Notes: generated from the letters alone by a model not told the origin. A stretch of DNA of 53,482 nt from Candidatus Kaiserbacteria bacterium RIFCSPHIGHO2_02_FULL_49_16 (GCA_001781465.1 MFLD01000043.1:767-54248); one strand, 5' to 3'. Numbered from the stretch's first letter, positions 41,621-51,722 are shown. Made by a program: numbers and translations.

Positions 41621-43006
41621 TCATGCTCTTGTCCCGCTTCCGAAAAGAAAGTGGGCAAATTTGCCTCGGGCATCAACCCCGAGGGCCATTAGGAAAGTTC
41701 GGGAGACGGAAATCGCTGTGAGCATTGAAACCAAAACGCCAAGACCGAAGACAAGCGCGAACCCTTTGATTAGCGAAGTTCCGAACCAGAAAAGAATGAC
41801 GGCGGTAATCATACTGGAGATATTACTGTCGCGGATGGACGGCCACGCGCGAGAAAAACCATCATGAATAGCTTCCGCCGAATTTTTACCATTCTCTAAT
41901 TCTTCTCTAGTCCGTTCAAAAATCAGAATGTTCGCGTCCACCGCCATGCCAATAGAAAGAATAAAGGCAGCGATGCCGGCAGCCGTGAGCGTTACCGGAA
42001 TGAGCTTAAACAGCGCCAAAATCGCAACGACATAAAGAGAAAGAGCTACAACAGAAACAACTCCCGGAAGACGGTACCAAAAAATCATAAAAAGTCCCAC
42101 GAGCCCTATCCCCCAGAGTCCGGCCGAAATTCCTCGCGCTACTGCTTCCGCGCCCAAAGTTCCCGAGACAGTCTGCGCGCCTATGAGTTCAATCGGGACT
42201 GGAAGCGCGCCGAAACTCAAATTTCTGGCAAGCTCTTTCGCTCCGACCGCGGTGAAATTGCCGGAAATTATCGCAGTTCCATCTGGAATAGACTCCTGAA
42301 TTACAGGAGTTGAAATCGGAACGCCGTCGAGAAAAATGCCGAAATAACGGCCAACATTTTGCTTTGTCAGCTCGGCGAATATCTTTCCTCCTTCGGAATT
42401 GAAGTTAAGAGCTACCACCGGCTCGTTCGGAATCCCTCCCGGGCTCTGATTGAATTGAATCTGCGCGCTTGTTAAGTGCCTTCCCGTGATTGAGGCAGGC
42501 TCAAATATTTCGTTCGCGTTTGAAAGCGGCTGACCGGACGGAGGCGGCGTCGCATCTTTCTTTAGCAAACGAAATTCAAGAACTGGCGTCTGCCCTATGA
42601 GAGTTATGGCTTTCTGCGTGTCTGTAACTCCCGGGAGTTCCACGATAAGCCGCTCTTCTGATTGGCCTGCAAATGTCCCGCCGTGTTTCGTTTGCACAAT
42701 CGGCTCCGACACGCCGAAAAGGTTCACCCGCCGCTCAATAGTGTCGCGCAGAGACGTCATTGAGTCCGCTACTGTACTTCCCTGAATCGCATCTATTTTC
42801 GCTCGATATGTGAGTTGAGTCCCGCCGGAAAGGTCGAGGCCTAGTCTAAATGGTCGAGAACCATCAATTTGCGAGCTGTACACCAACCAACTCATTCCTG
42901 CCCCCAAAATAAAGACGAGTAGCGCCGCGACTCTGGGACGCTTATTAACAAAAGCAACCCAAGCAGCTACTAGCGCAATGACAAGTAAAACAGCAATTTT
43001 CCACAT
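41621..43006 (-). CDS. secD: Protein translocase subunit SecD
   Basis: LGLDLSGGT, a periplasmic domain, C-terminal TM bundle AGIAAFILSIGMAVDANILIFERTREE. Confidence 0.9.
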   Translation of the reverse strand: MWKIAVLLVIALVAAWVAFVNKRPRVAALLVFILGAGMSWLVYSSQIDGSRPFRLGLDLSGGTQLTYRAKIDAIQGSTVADSMTSLRDTIERRVNLFGVSEPIVQTKHGGTFAGQSEERLIVELPGVTDTQKAITLIGQTPVLEFRLLKKDATPPPSGQPLSNANEIFEPASITGRHLTSAQIQFNQSPGGIPNEPVVALNFNSEGGKIFAELTKQNVGRYFGIFLDGVPISTPVIQESIPDGTAIISGNFTAVGAKELARNLSFGALPVPIELIGAQTVSGTLGAEAVARGISAGLWGIGLVGLFMIFWYRLPGVVSVVALSLYVVAILALFKLIPVTLTAAGIAAFILSIGMAVDANILIFERTREELENGKNSAEAIHDGFSRAWPSIRDSNISSMITAVILFWFGTSLIKGFALVFGLGVLVSMLTAISVSRTFLMALGVDARGKFAHFLFGSGTRA

Positions 43007-43054
43007 ATTAGCGAGCAGTATACCTGTGAGAGATAAAAAAACAAAACCCTCAAT

Positions 43055-43543
43055 TTATACACTCTTTTCCGGTGGTTTCCCGACCAGATACTTCTGAATG
43101 ACTGCTTTTATTTTACGGGGCAAAGTTCCCGATACGGCAGCGACCGGAGTATATTCCGGATTATAGAATTCATAAATCGTCGCATATGGAACGCCACGGA
43201 TTTGATACTCGATGCACTCTGTGGTGCAGCTACGCGCGCTGGTAGAAAAAAGGGATGATAGGCCCGCGTCCATATCAATGTGAGTTTTTTCGGAAACCGT
43301 CCTCGTGTGTGGAACACCAGATTTTTGTATTACTTCGCCGAGCATCCCGCCAGACACCACGCTCTCGTGTACCTTGCCCAAAATCTTGATACCGGCTTCC
43401 GTAAATAAAACTATATGAAAGGACAGGACTTCGTTGTCGGCAACCCGTCGAATGCAACTAAGGCGCGTTGTTCTGTCCTGAAAAATAATCTGAAGGCGGA
43501 TTTCGCCGAATGTGTCGCGTAAATTTTCTGAAATGAGTGGCAT
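43055..43543 (-). CDS. Hypothetical protein
   Basis: 162 aa ORF with no overlapping better ORF. No family recognised. Confidence 0.4.
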   Translation of the reverse strand: MPLISENLRDTFGEIRLQIIFQDRTTRLSCIRRVADNEVLSFHIVLFTEAGIKILGKVHESVVSGGMLGEVIQKSGVPHTRTVSEKTHIDMDAGLSSLFSTSARSCTTECIEYQIRGVPYATIYEFYNPEYTPVAAVSGTLPRKIKAVIQKYLVGKPPEKSV

Positions 43544-43630
43544 GTTAGTTTTTCTTAACGAGTAATCGAGTTTACCTGCCCGCCAATGCCAGCGCGATAA
43601 AGTTAGGTATGTATCCCCTCAATGCAAGTA

Positions 43631-44107
43631 CTAAGAATTCCAATGTTTCCAAGCCAATTTCGCAACAGGTACAAGAATTGCGCCAAGAATTAGAAAACCT
43701 GCTGTCCACCTGTACTGCTCTGGAAATAGCGGCCAAAGGTAGGCAATTACGAGAACTCCAATCACTAGGAGGGCTACAATTCCTAGTTTCACGCCTACGG
43801 TCGCTTTCTCATGAACACGACCCCCGTCAGTAAGCAGTTTCTGGCTTGATTGAGCTACAGAATCAACATTCTGCGTCAAAAGTGTCGTGGTCTTTGTAAG
43901 ATTCTGGACACTTTGATTCAATTCGTTAAGACTATTGCGGTGCAACACGGTGGCATATGCAAGATTTGAGACATGCGTAAGTAATCTTGTAGAGGCGGAG
44001 ACGGCAACCCGAACATAATGAATAATATCTTCTTGACTTGATATATTGATATTCTTCGCTTCCTCCAGAATTATTTGTATCTCTTGATTGATTTCATCTT
44101 TCCCCAT
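43631..44107 (-). CDS. Hypothetical protein with a C-terminal membrane anchor
   Basis: 158 aa with a helical N-terminal part and C-terminal hydrophobic segments LGIVALLVIGVLVIAYLW and FLILGAILVPVA. Confidence 0.4.
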   Translation of the reverse strand: MGKDEINQEIQIILEEAKNINISSQEDIIHYVRVAVSASTRLLTHVSNLAYATVLHRNSLNELNQSVQNLTKTTTLLTQNVDSVAQSSQKLLTDGGRVHEKATVGVKLGIVALLVIGVLVIAYLWPLFPEQYRWTAGFLILGAILVPVAKLAWKHWNS

Positions 44108-44153
44108 GTCGCCATATTACTACATTAAGAAAAAAGTAGTAGAATGCGTCGTA

Positions 44154-44582
44154 ATGCCGAAAGATTTTGACACATGGAATACCGAGAAAAAACATCTTGA
44201 TTCTATTGGCGAGTTAGATTTTCCACATCCCAAGCGTCGCCAAGTATGGTGGTGTTCTGTCGGGGAAAATATTGGTAGTGAACAAGGTGTATCGGAAGGT
44301 TTTGAGCGCCCCGTACTAGTATTGAAGGTCTTTGGAAGCATGTTTTGGGGTATTCCTATCACTAGCTCAGACCCAGAGGGCAAAAAAGCGACAAATCCGC
44401 TGTATTTCAATTTGGGAGGAATATCTTATACTAACCAAAACGGTGAAGAGAAAACACTCGTAGGCTTTATCGCTACGCATCAAATGCGTTCTTATGATGG
44501 ACGACGTCTCAAGCGTAAACTTTTTAAGATGGACTTAGAGTTGTTTAATACAATATTGCAAATAGTGAGAGGGCATATATAA
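44154..44582 (+). CDS. PemK/MazF-family toxin-like protein (solo)
   Basis: RRQVWWCSVGENIGSEQGVSEGFERPVLVLK matches the MazF/PemK pattern (G.v......G.GSEQ.G.RPvLVl). The ATG at 44154 is chosen. No adjacent antitoxin-size ORF is obvious. Confidence 0.55.
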   Translation: MPKDFDTWNTEKKHLDSIGELDFPHPKRRQVWWCSVGENIGSEQGVSEGFERPVLVLKVFGSMFWGIPITSSDPEGKKATNPLYFNLGGISYTNQNGEEKTLVGFIATHQMRSYDGRRLKRKLFKMDLELFNTILQIVRGHI

Positions 44583-44587
44583 AAACG

Positions 44588-44610
44588 AAAGCCCGCTTTT
44601 GGCGGACTTT
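44588..44610 (+). terminator. Hairpin after the mazF-like gene
   Basis: AAAGCCCGC-TTTTG-GCGGACTTT, a 9 bp stem with one mismatch. Confidence 0.4.
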
Positions 44611-44741
44611 CTCGGAACCCCCACTAAGAGGTATACATACATGGTATCATATTTGTATGTTACAAGTCAATCGTTGTGGATAGCGGAATATGGCTCAAAA
44701 TAACGACAGAAATAAGTTCCTAGATTTGCTTCACAGAGCAA

Positions 44742-45050
44742 TCATGTTTTGGAAGCCCGTGCAACCAACATTCGAAACAACGAGACAGGAGAAAAACGCT
44801 GATTGTAACGATACGCAAACTCGTTCACACAAGACTGCAGGTGCTGACGAGAAACCGAATGATAAGTCCCCCGAATAGAGCGCTTTAACTTACTCCAAAA
44901 TCCCTCTATCGTGTTCGTACGGATGTTCCCGCGAACATACACCTTTGCGCTGTGGTTGATTACTTTGCGGTCATAGTGGCGGTCTAGCCAGTTGTACGCG
45001 CGGTAATCGTCCGTCGTGAGATTTGTACCGTTTTCTACGTTAGCAAGAGA
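44742..45050 (-). pseudogene. IS1595-family transposase remnant (C-terminal DDE part only)
   Basis: TTDDYRAYNWLDRHYDRKVINHSAKVYVRGNIRTNTIEGFWSKLKRSIRGTYHSVSRQHLQSCVNEFAYRYNQR matches the ISXO2-like/IS1595 C-terminal domain. The N-terminal two thirds are absent, and the fragment abuts the pabB stop. Confidence 0.7.
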
Positions 45051-46314
45051 GTATACCCAAGAAAGATTTCGCCTTATCGAGTGTTTCTTTGTATTCATCC
45101 CCCTCCACTGAATCGTACACAATTCCCCCTCCAACTTGAAGATACACGCGCTCCCCTTTCTTTATTATCGTTCGTATGGCGATATTAAAATCTGCAGAAT
45201 CGTCGGGATCGATGTAGCCGATGGAACCCGCGTAAATCCCCCTTGTTATCGGTTCTAATTCGTCAATGATTTCCATCGCGCGTTTTTTTGGGCAACCGGT
45301 GACGGAACCTCCTGGAAACATTGAGATAAGCGCGTCAATGGCGCGAATGCCCTTCGCGCAGACTCCCGTGATGTGCGAATATGCATGCCAGACGCTTGCG
45401 AATGCACGAACGATGCGATTCGACACAACTCGAACTGTTCCGAACTCGCATACCTTTCCGATATCGTTCCGCAAGAGGTCGGTAATCATCGTGAGCTCGG
45501 CGGTTTCTTTTTCCGAACCGTACAACTCATTCTTGAGCTTCTCGTCTTCCGCCGGATTGGCCCCTCGGGGCCGCGTTCCCTTAATTGGAAAAGTGTTTAT
45601 CTCTCGATTGACCGATACAGAGATGAACCGCTCGGGAGACGCGCTCAATATTTCATATCCATCGGCTTCCAGATATGCCGAGAAGTCCGCATGATTATTT
45701 TTCCACATTGCGCTCCACAATTCCCGCGGGGGTTTGGCAGTCGAGCCCTCCATCCGGTGCGCGAGATTCATCTGATAGATGTCGCCCGCCAGAATATGCT
45801 GTTTTACGATTTCAAAACTGTTTGAATATGCTTTCTTTGTGATTGATGCTTGGAGCTCCTCGTGAGCGCGCGCACTAGCCGCCGAGGCAGGCGCGCGCGA
45901 AAGGATTTCCTTTACTGATTTAGAAAATGAAGAAAGCGACGAGATGTCAGCGGCGCGGATCTCAATCTCGGTTGGCCGGCAAACTGCATACGCGTCGAAT
46001 GAATAGAAAAGAATATCGGGAAGTTGGAGGTCGTTTTTCGCACGCGGCTTAATTTTATGGAGCGCGTAACCCAAATCGTATGCAAGATAGCCGAACAGTC
46101 TTCTTCCTTTTTCCTGTTCTTCGCGAACAAAACGCTTTAGGGTCTCCAGATTGCTGTCATAGCTAGCGATATAACGCTCGCGCGGATTCCATGCTATTGA
46201 ACTCTCCCAACCAGTCTCGGAACCCCTCGCGCAACACACATATTTTTCCGCGTCAGAAAGGCGATTCCATATGTCGTCGAACGAAACATTGCGCAGGATT
46301 TCGGAGTGTTGCAT
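45040..46314 (-). CDS. pabB: Aminodeoxychorismate synthase component I (chorismate-binding enzyme family)
   Basis: SPERFISV, FPIKGTRPRG, ELTMITDLLRNDIGKV, FPGGSVTGCPKKRAMEII and GIYAGSIGYI motifs. PabB versus TrpE cannot be settled by eye. Confidence 0.75.
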   Translation of the reverse strand: MQHSEILRNVSFDDIWNRLSDAEKYVCCARGSETGWESSIAWNPRERYIASYDSNLETLKRFVREEQEKGRRLFGYLAYDLGYALHKIKPRAKNDLQLPDILFYSFDAYAVCRPTEIEIRAADISSLSSFSKSVKEILSRAPASAASARAHEELQASITKKAYSNSFEIVKQHILAGDIYQMNLAHRMEGSTAKPPRELWSAMWKNNHADFSAYLEADGYEILSASPERFISVSVNREINTFPIKGTRPRGANPAEDEKLKNELYGSEKETAELTMITDLLRNDIGKVCEFGTVRVVSNRIVRAFASVWHAYSHITGVCAKGIRAIDALISMFPGGSVTGCPKKRAMEIIDELEPITRGIYAGSIGYIDPDDSADFNIAIRTIIKKGERVYLQVGGGIVYDSVEGDEYKETLDKAKSFLGILSC

Positions 46315-46327
46315 TTAGAAACTCTTT

Positions 46328-47128
46328 CTATTTCTTTTCAACCAAGTCAAAGAGGTTTTTAAATATCATCGCAACTGCAATAGGGCCTACCCCTCCCGGA
46401 ACAGGAGTAAATACGTGTGCCTTTTCGGCACATGACGGGTCCGCGTCTCCTTGTAATATTCCTGATATTTCGGTGGTCCCGGCATCCACTAGAGCCACGC
46501 CCGTTTTTATGTGTTGAGGTTTGATATATCCCGGCTTCCCCACGCCCAGTACAACGATGTCCGCGTCTTTAAGGTCTTCAATAGCACCTTCTTCGAGAGT
46601 AAATAATGAGACATTCGCGCCGAGGCGCTTTAAAAGCACCGCGGATGGAGAGCCGACTAAGCGTCCCGCGCCCACAACTACTGTGCGCTTCGCCCTTGGG
46701 TTCACTCCTGTTCGCCTCAATATTTCAACCACGGCAAGCGCAACGGGCGCGAATACGGGATGTTCGTTGTCAGGAATTGTCGGGTTGATGGCGTCTACGT
46801 CTTTTTCTTTAGGAATTGCCGCGAGCGATATGTGCGTATCAATTTCCTTTGGCAGAGGCAGTTGAACAATGATGGCATCTGTCCTCTTCGCGAGTTCTTC
46901 GATGGCCTCAATCGCCGTCGCGGTATCGGCGCCTGCTGGAAGATCTATACGAACCATCTCCACGTTTAGGCGCTCGGCCGCGCGCGTCTTGATGCGAACA
47001 AATGATTCAATAACTGGGTTTACCCCGCCAATAATAATGCCGAGCTTCAGTTTCTTGTTAAGCATCTCGCGACGCTTTGATAATCCTTTGTACAAATCCT
47101 CCGCGATCGCTTTTCCATCTATTATCAT
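46328..47128 (-). CDS. folD: Bifunctional methylenetetrahydrofolate dehydrogenase/cyclohydrolase FolD
   Basis: MIIDGKAIAE, IIVQLPLP, VVVGAGRLVGSP and TPVPGGVGPIAVAM motifs. Confidence 0.88.
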   Translation of the reverse strand: MIIDGKAIAEDLYKGLSKRREMLNKKLKLGIIIGGVNPVIESFVRIKTRAAERLNVEMVRIDLPAGADTATAIEAIEELAKRTDAIIVQLPLPKEIDTHISLAAIPKEKDVDAINPTIPDNEHPVFAPVALAVVEILRRTGVNPRAKRTVVVGAGRLVGSPSAVLLKRLGANVSLFTLEEGAIEDLKDADIVVLGVGKPGYIKPQHIKTGVALVDAGTTEISGILQGDADPSCAEKAHVFTPVPGGVGPIAVAMIFKNLFDLVEKK

Positions 47129-47131
47129 AGA

Positions 47132-48058
47132 TTATATTTTCATTGATTGTTTGAGCTCTAATATACCATCTTCCAGCGCGATAGCGGGCTCCCATCCGAG
47201 CAGAGACTTGGCCTTAGATACATCAGCACACGCTCTCTTCGGTTCGATCCTTCGCGCCACATGAGTAACAGGGCCGCCTATCATTTCCGCAATTTGATTT
47301 GCGGATACCTCCCGGCCTGTTCCAATGTTTATAACCTCTCCATGCCCAACTTTCTTCGACTCCATAGCTAGCATATTCGCCCGCACAACATCGCGTACAT
47401 TTACATAATCACGGGTATTTTTTCCATCTCCAACAATTGTCAGAGGCATATTGTCCTTTCGCAATGTTAAAAACCTAGCGACAACAAGTCCGTATGGACC
47501 CGTTGGATCAAATCGGGAACCGTACACATTGAAATATCGGAGAGATATGCACTCCATTTTGTAAAGTTCGCTCCAGAGTTTACACGCGAGCTCGCCAGTA
47601 TATTTTTGCAATCCATAAGGGCTTTTTGGGCTAACCGGCACACCCTCCTTGAGAGGCATGCTTTCTTGATCTCCATATACGGCTGCTGAAGACGCAAACA
47701 CCAGGCGTTTCACTCCTGCCGTATATGCCGCGCGCAAAACCGCCACCGTACCTTGAACATTTACCTCGAAGGATTCGACAGGATGTTCAATGGTGTACTC
47801 AACTCGAGGGAGCGCTGCCTTATGAAAAACATATTTCGCGCCTCGCATTATTTTGCTCAAGGATTTCTGGTCTCTGATGTCACACTCGTGATATTTTGCT
47901 TGCTTGTTTATTCGATCTTTGCGTTTCCCGCCTGCGAAATTATCAACCACATGAACATCGGCGCCCCTTTCTATTAGCTCATCAACAATATGCGAGCCTA
48001 TAAACCCAGCGCCGCCAGTCACAACAATCTTCTTGTTTCGCATAAATGACTTTATCAT
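47132..48058 (-). CDS. NAD-dependent epimerase/dehydratase (UDP-sugar 4-epimerase-like SDR)
   Basis: VTGGAGFIGSH Rossmann motif and the catalytic YGLQK (YxxxK). Confidence 0.8.
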   Translation of the reverse strand: MIKSFMRNKKIVVTGGAGFIGSHIVDELIERGADVHVVDNFAGGKRKDRINKQAKYHECDIRDQKSLSKIMRGAKYVFHKAALPRVEYTIEHPVESFEVNVQGTVAVLRAAYTAGVKRLVFASSAAVYGDQESMPLKEGVPVSPKSPYGLQKYTGELACKLWSELYKMECISLRYFNVYGSRFDPTGPYGLVVARFLTLRKDNMPLTIVGDGKNTRDYVNVRDVVRANMLAMESKKVGHGEVINIGTGREVSANQIAEMIGGPVTHVARRIEPKRACADVSKAKSLLGWEPAIALEDGILELKQSMKI

Positions 48059-49410
48059 GAGCCTTTCGCGCTTATGATGATGCGTATTGTTTGCAGAATA
48101 ATGTATATATCAAGCAGAAGCGATCTCTGTTCCAGATAATAAAGATCGTATGAAAGTTTCGTCTTTGTTTCCGCAATATCGGCCCCATGGTGCGGATCCC
48201 TGTCGTGAAATATCTGCGCCCACCCGGTAAGCCCCGGCGTAATGATGTGCCGGGCGTCGTAATACGGAATTCGCGCGCTGTAACGGCTTGATAATGCTGG
48301 CAATTCTGGGCGCGGCCCCACGAGTGAAAGATCTCCCATAAGCACATTCCACAGTTGCGGCAATTCGTCTACGCGCAAAAGACGCAGCCATTTCCCAATC
48401 CTAGTCACATGAAGCTCAGTCTTTCCGCTCTTGCCATAAACACCTTCATCATTTCCACTCATACTTCGGAATTTTATAATGCGTATCGGTTTCTGATATC
48501 TGCCAACACGAGCCTGCGTGATGAAAACCGGGCCGCCATCGTCGAGTTTGATTGCTATGGCTACAAACGGGTACGCAAGCAATGCTAAGACTCCTGCAAC
48601 AACTGCTCCCAAAATATCGACAACGCGCTTTATTACATCATAAAAACGAGAGGAAGAGGCGCTTGCAAGCACGCGCTCATACTGCAGTAGAGAGAGCGGC
48701 ATCCGATCAAAAACTTCCTGGTACAAATCTACCACATCAACAAGGACAAATTGCCGTTTCTGGAAAGCGGCATTGTAAACTATGGGAAGCGCGGTTGAAA
48801 TCGCCTTGTCGGCAAAATCCACGACAAAGAAGTTGATGCTCTTTTCCGCGGCCACGCGACAAGCTTGTTCCACCACGTCATGCGATTTCGTTTTTTCCGT
48901 ATCAATAACGGATTTGAATTCAAATTGATATCTCGAGTCAGTCGTAAGTTCTTGCGCCAATTCGCGGGCATCAGAGCCAGACGCGATAAGAACTCCCTTA
49001 AGTTTTCTGTACGAGCGAAGGCGGGAGAAAACCTTAACGCGCCAGTAAAAGATAAGCGGGCAAGAAACGGTGAGATAAAGAAGAAGAATCGTTTTTGGCG
49101 CTAGACCAAAAGCTGGTATGAGAAAAAAGAATAGAGCGGCAATAGAAACGTTGATGGCCTGCGCGTACAAAATCACGGATGGCAACCGGTTGCGGAATAG
49201 ACGGGTGTGTTTTCCATAGAGTCCGGCAAGAAAAAAGACCGCAACCCACGCAATAAATAATATGATAAATGGGGTGAGATGCCTTTCGAAAAGAGCCGTG
49301 TTCGGGACCTCAAGATAACGGAGGGCAAGCGCTAGCCACAAAGAAATAACAAAAACCAGCACATCGCCAGCCAACAAAACAACATATTCCCGTTTGGGTA
49401 CAAGGGTCAT
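48055..49410 (-). CDS. Polyprenyl-phosphate glycosyl-1-phosphate transferase (WbaP/EpsB-type sugar transferase)
   Basis: The C-terminal bacterial sugar transferase domain reads KRVVDILGA..., PVFITQARVG, RIIKFRSM, DELPQLWNVLMGDLSLVGPRPE. ATG at 49410 (or 49422). The longer track ORF overlaps the divergent GT4 gene. Confidence 0.8.
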   Translation of the reverse strand: MTLVPKREYVVLLAGDVLVFVISLWLALALRYLEVPNTALFERHLTPFIILFIAWVAVFFLAGLYGKHTRLFRNRLPSVILYAQAINVSIAALFFFLIPAFGLAPKTILLLYLTVSCPLIFYWRVKVFSRLRSYRKLKGVLIASGSDARELAQELTTDSRYQFEFKSVIDTEKTKSHDVVEQACRVAAEKSINFFVVDFADKAISTALPIVYNAAFQKRQFVLVDVVDLYQEVFDRMPLSLLQYERVLASASSSRFYDVIKRVVDILGAVVAGVLALLAYPFVAIAIKLDDGGPVFITQARVGRYQKPIRIIKFRSMSGNDEGVYGKSGKTELHVTRIGKWLRLLRVDELPQLWNVLMGDLSLVGPRPELPALSSRYSARIPYYDARHIITPGLTGWAQIFHDRDPHHGADIAETKTKLSYDLYYLEQRSLLLDIYIILQTIRIIISAKGS

Positions 49411-50535
49411 TTGACGTATCATGGCATTGTGAAGGAAATCAATCAATACCGCGCGGTCGCGCCGAAAAAGGTGCTTTTTCTCATTACCAAAGCCACGTGG
49501 GGCGGGGCGCAGCGCTATGTATTCGATTTGGCGACGCACCTGCCAAAGGATGAGTTCGAACCCGTTGTCGCATACGGAGTTCCTGGCAAACTTTCTGATG
49601 ATTTGAAGCGCGCTGGCGTTTATACGCATGAAATTCCTGCGCTCGGACGCGATGTCGCAATTATTTCCGACATTAAAAGTCTTCTCCAGATTATTCGATG
49701 CATAAAAAAAGTGCGGCCAGATGTCCTTCACGTGAATAGTTCCAAAGCGGCGGCGCTCGGAGCGCTCGCGGGCCGCCTCTGCGGAGTCCAAAGAATCATC
49801 TTCACTGTCCACGGCTGGCCGTTTAAAGAGGATAGAAACTTCTTCGCACGCAAGCTTATTCATTTTATAAGTTGGTTCACTGCGTTTCTTTCGCACGCGA
49901 CGATTGTCGTTTCAAAGGCTGATGAAAAGATCGGGCGACACATGCCGTTTCCGAAGAAAAAAATCCATTACATCTCGCTCGGTATTGAGATGCTCACATT
50001 TCTCTCCCGCGAAGCAGCGGCCGATTCCCTTGCGATAACAACCGATGTCCCACGCATCGTGACCATCGGTGAACTGACGAAAAATAAAGGCCACCGCAAC
50101 GCGATAGATGCCATCGCCGAATTGAAGGACCGGCATATACCCTGTACGTACTACATTATCGGTGACGGCGAATTGCGCGAAGAACTTGAAGAATATGCCC
50201 TAGAAAAAGGAGTTGAGGCCCGCATCGTTTTCTGTGGTTTCATAGAGAATGCTTCGCGGCTTTTGAAAGCATTCGATGTCTTTGTCCTTCCCTCGATTAA
50301 GGAAGGTACCCCGTACGTTCTCATTGAAGCCGAAATTGCCGGCCTTCCCATTGTCGCGACCAATGTAATAGACACTTTCTGGACAGAAAGTGGAATTGTT
50401 ACGCTTGTGCCAGTTGTAAGCACCTCCCTGCTCGCCCAAGCAATTGAGCGCGCGATAGAACAACCTATCGACACGACGGTCCAACCATTTTCAACGTTAG
50501 ATAAAATGCTCAAAAAAACAATCGATTTCTACTAG
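49411..50535 (+). CDS. Family 4 (GT-B) glycosyltransferase
   Basis: KKVLFLITKATWGGAQRYV N-terminus and the C-terminal E-x7-E region LPSIKEGTPYVLIEAEIAGLPIVAT. The start is uncertain: TTG 49411, GTG 49429 or GTG 49471. Confidence 0.75.
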   Translation: MTYHGIVKEINQYRAVAPKKVLFLITKATWGGAQRYVFDLATHLPKDEFEPVVAYGVPGKLSDDLKRAGVYTHEIPALGRDVAIISDIKSLLQIIRCIKKVRPDVLHVNSSKAAALGALAGRLCGVQRIIFTVHGWPFKEDRNFFARKLIHFISWFTAFLSHATIVVSKADEKIGRHMPFPKKKIHYISLGIEMLTFLSREAAADSLAITTDVPRIVTIGELTKNKGHRNAIDAIAELKDRHIPCTYYIIGDGELREELEEYALEKGVEARIVFCGFIENASRLLKAFDVFVLPSIKEGTPYVLIEAEIAGLPIVATNVIDTFWTESGIVTLVPVVSTSLLAQAIERAIEQPIDTTVQPFSTLDKMLKKTIDFY

Positions 50536-51710
50536 ACCACTCCAACCATTTCCGTCTCATCTCGCGCCTGCAAAGTAGGCCTCGCACTGCGACTTATGCC
50601 CATTAAAATTCCCAGCGCAAGATACTCGGTAAAAAGATGAGAACCTCCATAGCTCATAAATGGAGTGGTTGTTCCGGTAATCGGAAGGAGCCCGATATTC
50701 ATGCCGATGTGCACCAGAAACTGGCTTAGAAACATGATGGCAACACCAGCGCCTAAAAGTGCGCTAAAGTTGTCTGCTCCATGCGCCGCAATAAAAAGCG
50801 TACGCATGATGATTATTCCGTAGAGTCCGAATAATATTAGGACGCCTATGAACCCCCACTCTTCCGCATATGCCGCGAATATAAAGTCGGTTTGATATTC
50901 GGGCAGGTAGAGCAATTTGCTTTGTGTCCCGTAACCAATTCCCTTGCCCAAGAGTTCCCCGCTTCCAACAGCGACTGTTGATTGATACGCGTTGTACCCG
51001 CTTCCCCTAATATCGGCGAGCGGATGGATGAATGTGAGAATTCTCTGTTTTTGATATGTATGCAGACCATAGTTCCACAGAGCACCGAAGACAACTACGG
51101 CCGCAATGAGAAGCGCAAGTAGATGTTTCCACGAAATTCCGGCAACAAGAACCATTCCGAGCCAGATACAGGCGATGATGATGGCGGAACCAAGGTCCGG
51201 CTGGAAAAATACCAAGGCAAAAATCACAAAGGTGTACGTACCTGAAACTAAAATATGCCGAATGTGCGCAATTTCAATATGCCGGCGGGCAAAATATTTT
51301 GCGAGTACTATTATTAGTACTAATTTTGCCAGATCGGCTGGCTGTACGGCAAAAAGCCCAAGGTAGAACCTGTTCTGGGCACCCATTACCACTGTCCCTA
51401 TAAAATAAATGAGCGCGAGTAAAACAATTATTCCCGTAAAAAGCGCGACGACTATGGTAGTGCGTCGTAAAAACCTGTACTCTGGAATACTGGCAAGAAG
51501 GAATACAACACTGGAGATCGTTATCCATACAACCTGTTTATCAAAATAGGCATTTTCTCCAGAAAAACTATGCATGGTCACAAGACCTAAGAGAGACACG
51601 GTAAGTGCCGACACGAAAAGAAACCAGTCAACTCCGCGGAAAACTCCTCGCGAACCAAAAAAGAATGATGAATCAATTCCCGTTGCGCCTGCGCTGGCCC
51701 TCGTTTCCAT
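50532..51710 (-). CDS. SEDS-family peptidoglycan polymerase (FtsW/RodA)
   Basis: FAVQPADLAKL, SGYNAYQSTVAVGSGELLGKG, LPEYQTDFIFAAYAEEWGFIG and PFMSYGGSH motifs. Confidence 0.88.
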   Translation of the reverse strand: METRASAGATGIDSSFFFGSRGVFRGVDWFLFVSALTVSLLGLVTMHSFSGENAYFDKQVVWITISSVVFLLASIPEYRFLRRTTIVVALFTGIIVLLALIYFIGTVVMGAQNRFYLGLFAVQPADLAKLVLIIVLAKYFARRHIEIAHIRHILVSGTYTFVIFALVFFQPDLGSAIIIACIWLGMVLVAGISWKHLLALLIAAVVVFGALWNYGLHTYQKQRILTFIHPLADIRGSGYNAYQSTVAVGSGELLGKGIGYGTQSKLLYLPEYQTDFIFAAYAEEWGFIGVLILFGLYGIIIMRTLFIAAHGADNFSALLGAGVAIMFLSQFLVHIGMNIGLLPITGTTTPFMSYGGSHLFTEYLALGILMGISRSARPTLQARDETEMVGVV

Positions 51711-51722
51711 AACGAATGAGCG

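Noticed and set aside
44690-44878. 62 aa plus-strand ORF
   Set aside because: It is antisense to the IS1595 transposase remnant and has no SD or motifs.
49411-49896. N-terminal 160 aa extension of the WbaP-like ORF (track ORF 48055-49896)
   Set aside because: The extension overlaps the conserved GT4 gene on the other strand and has no transferase homology. An internal ATG at 49410 precedes the first TM helix.
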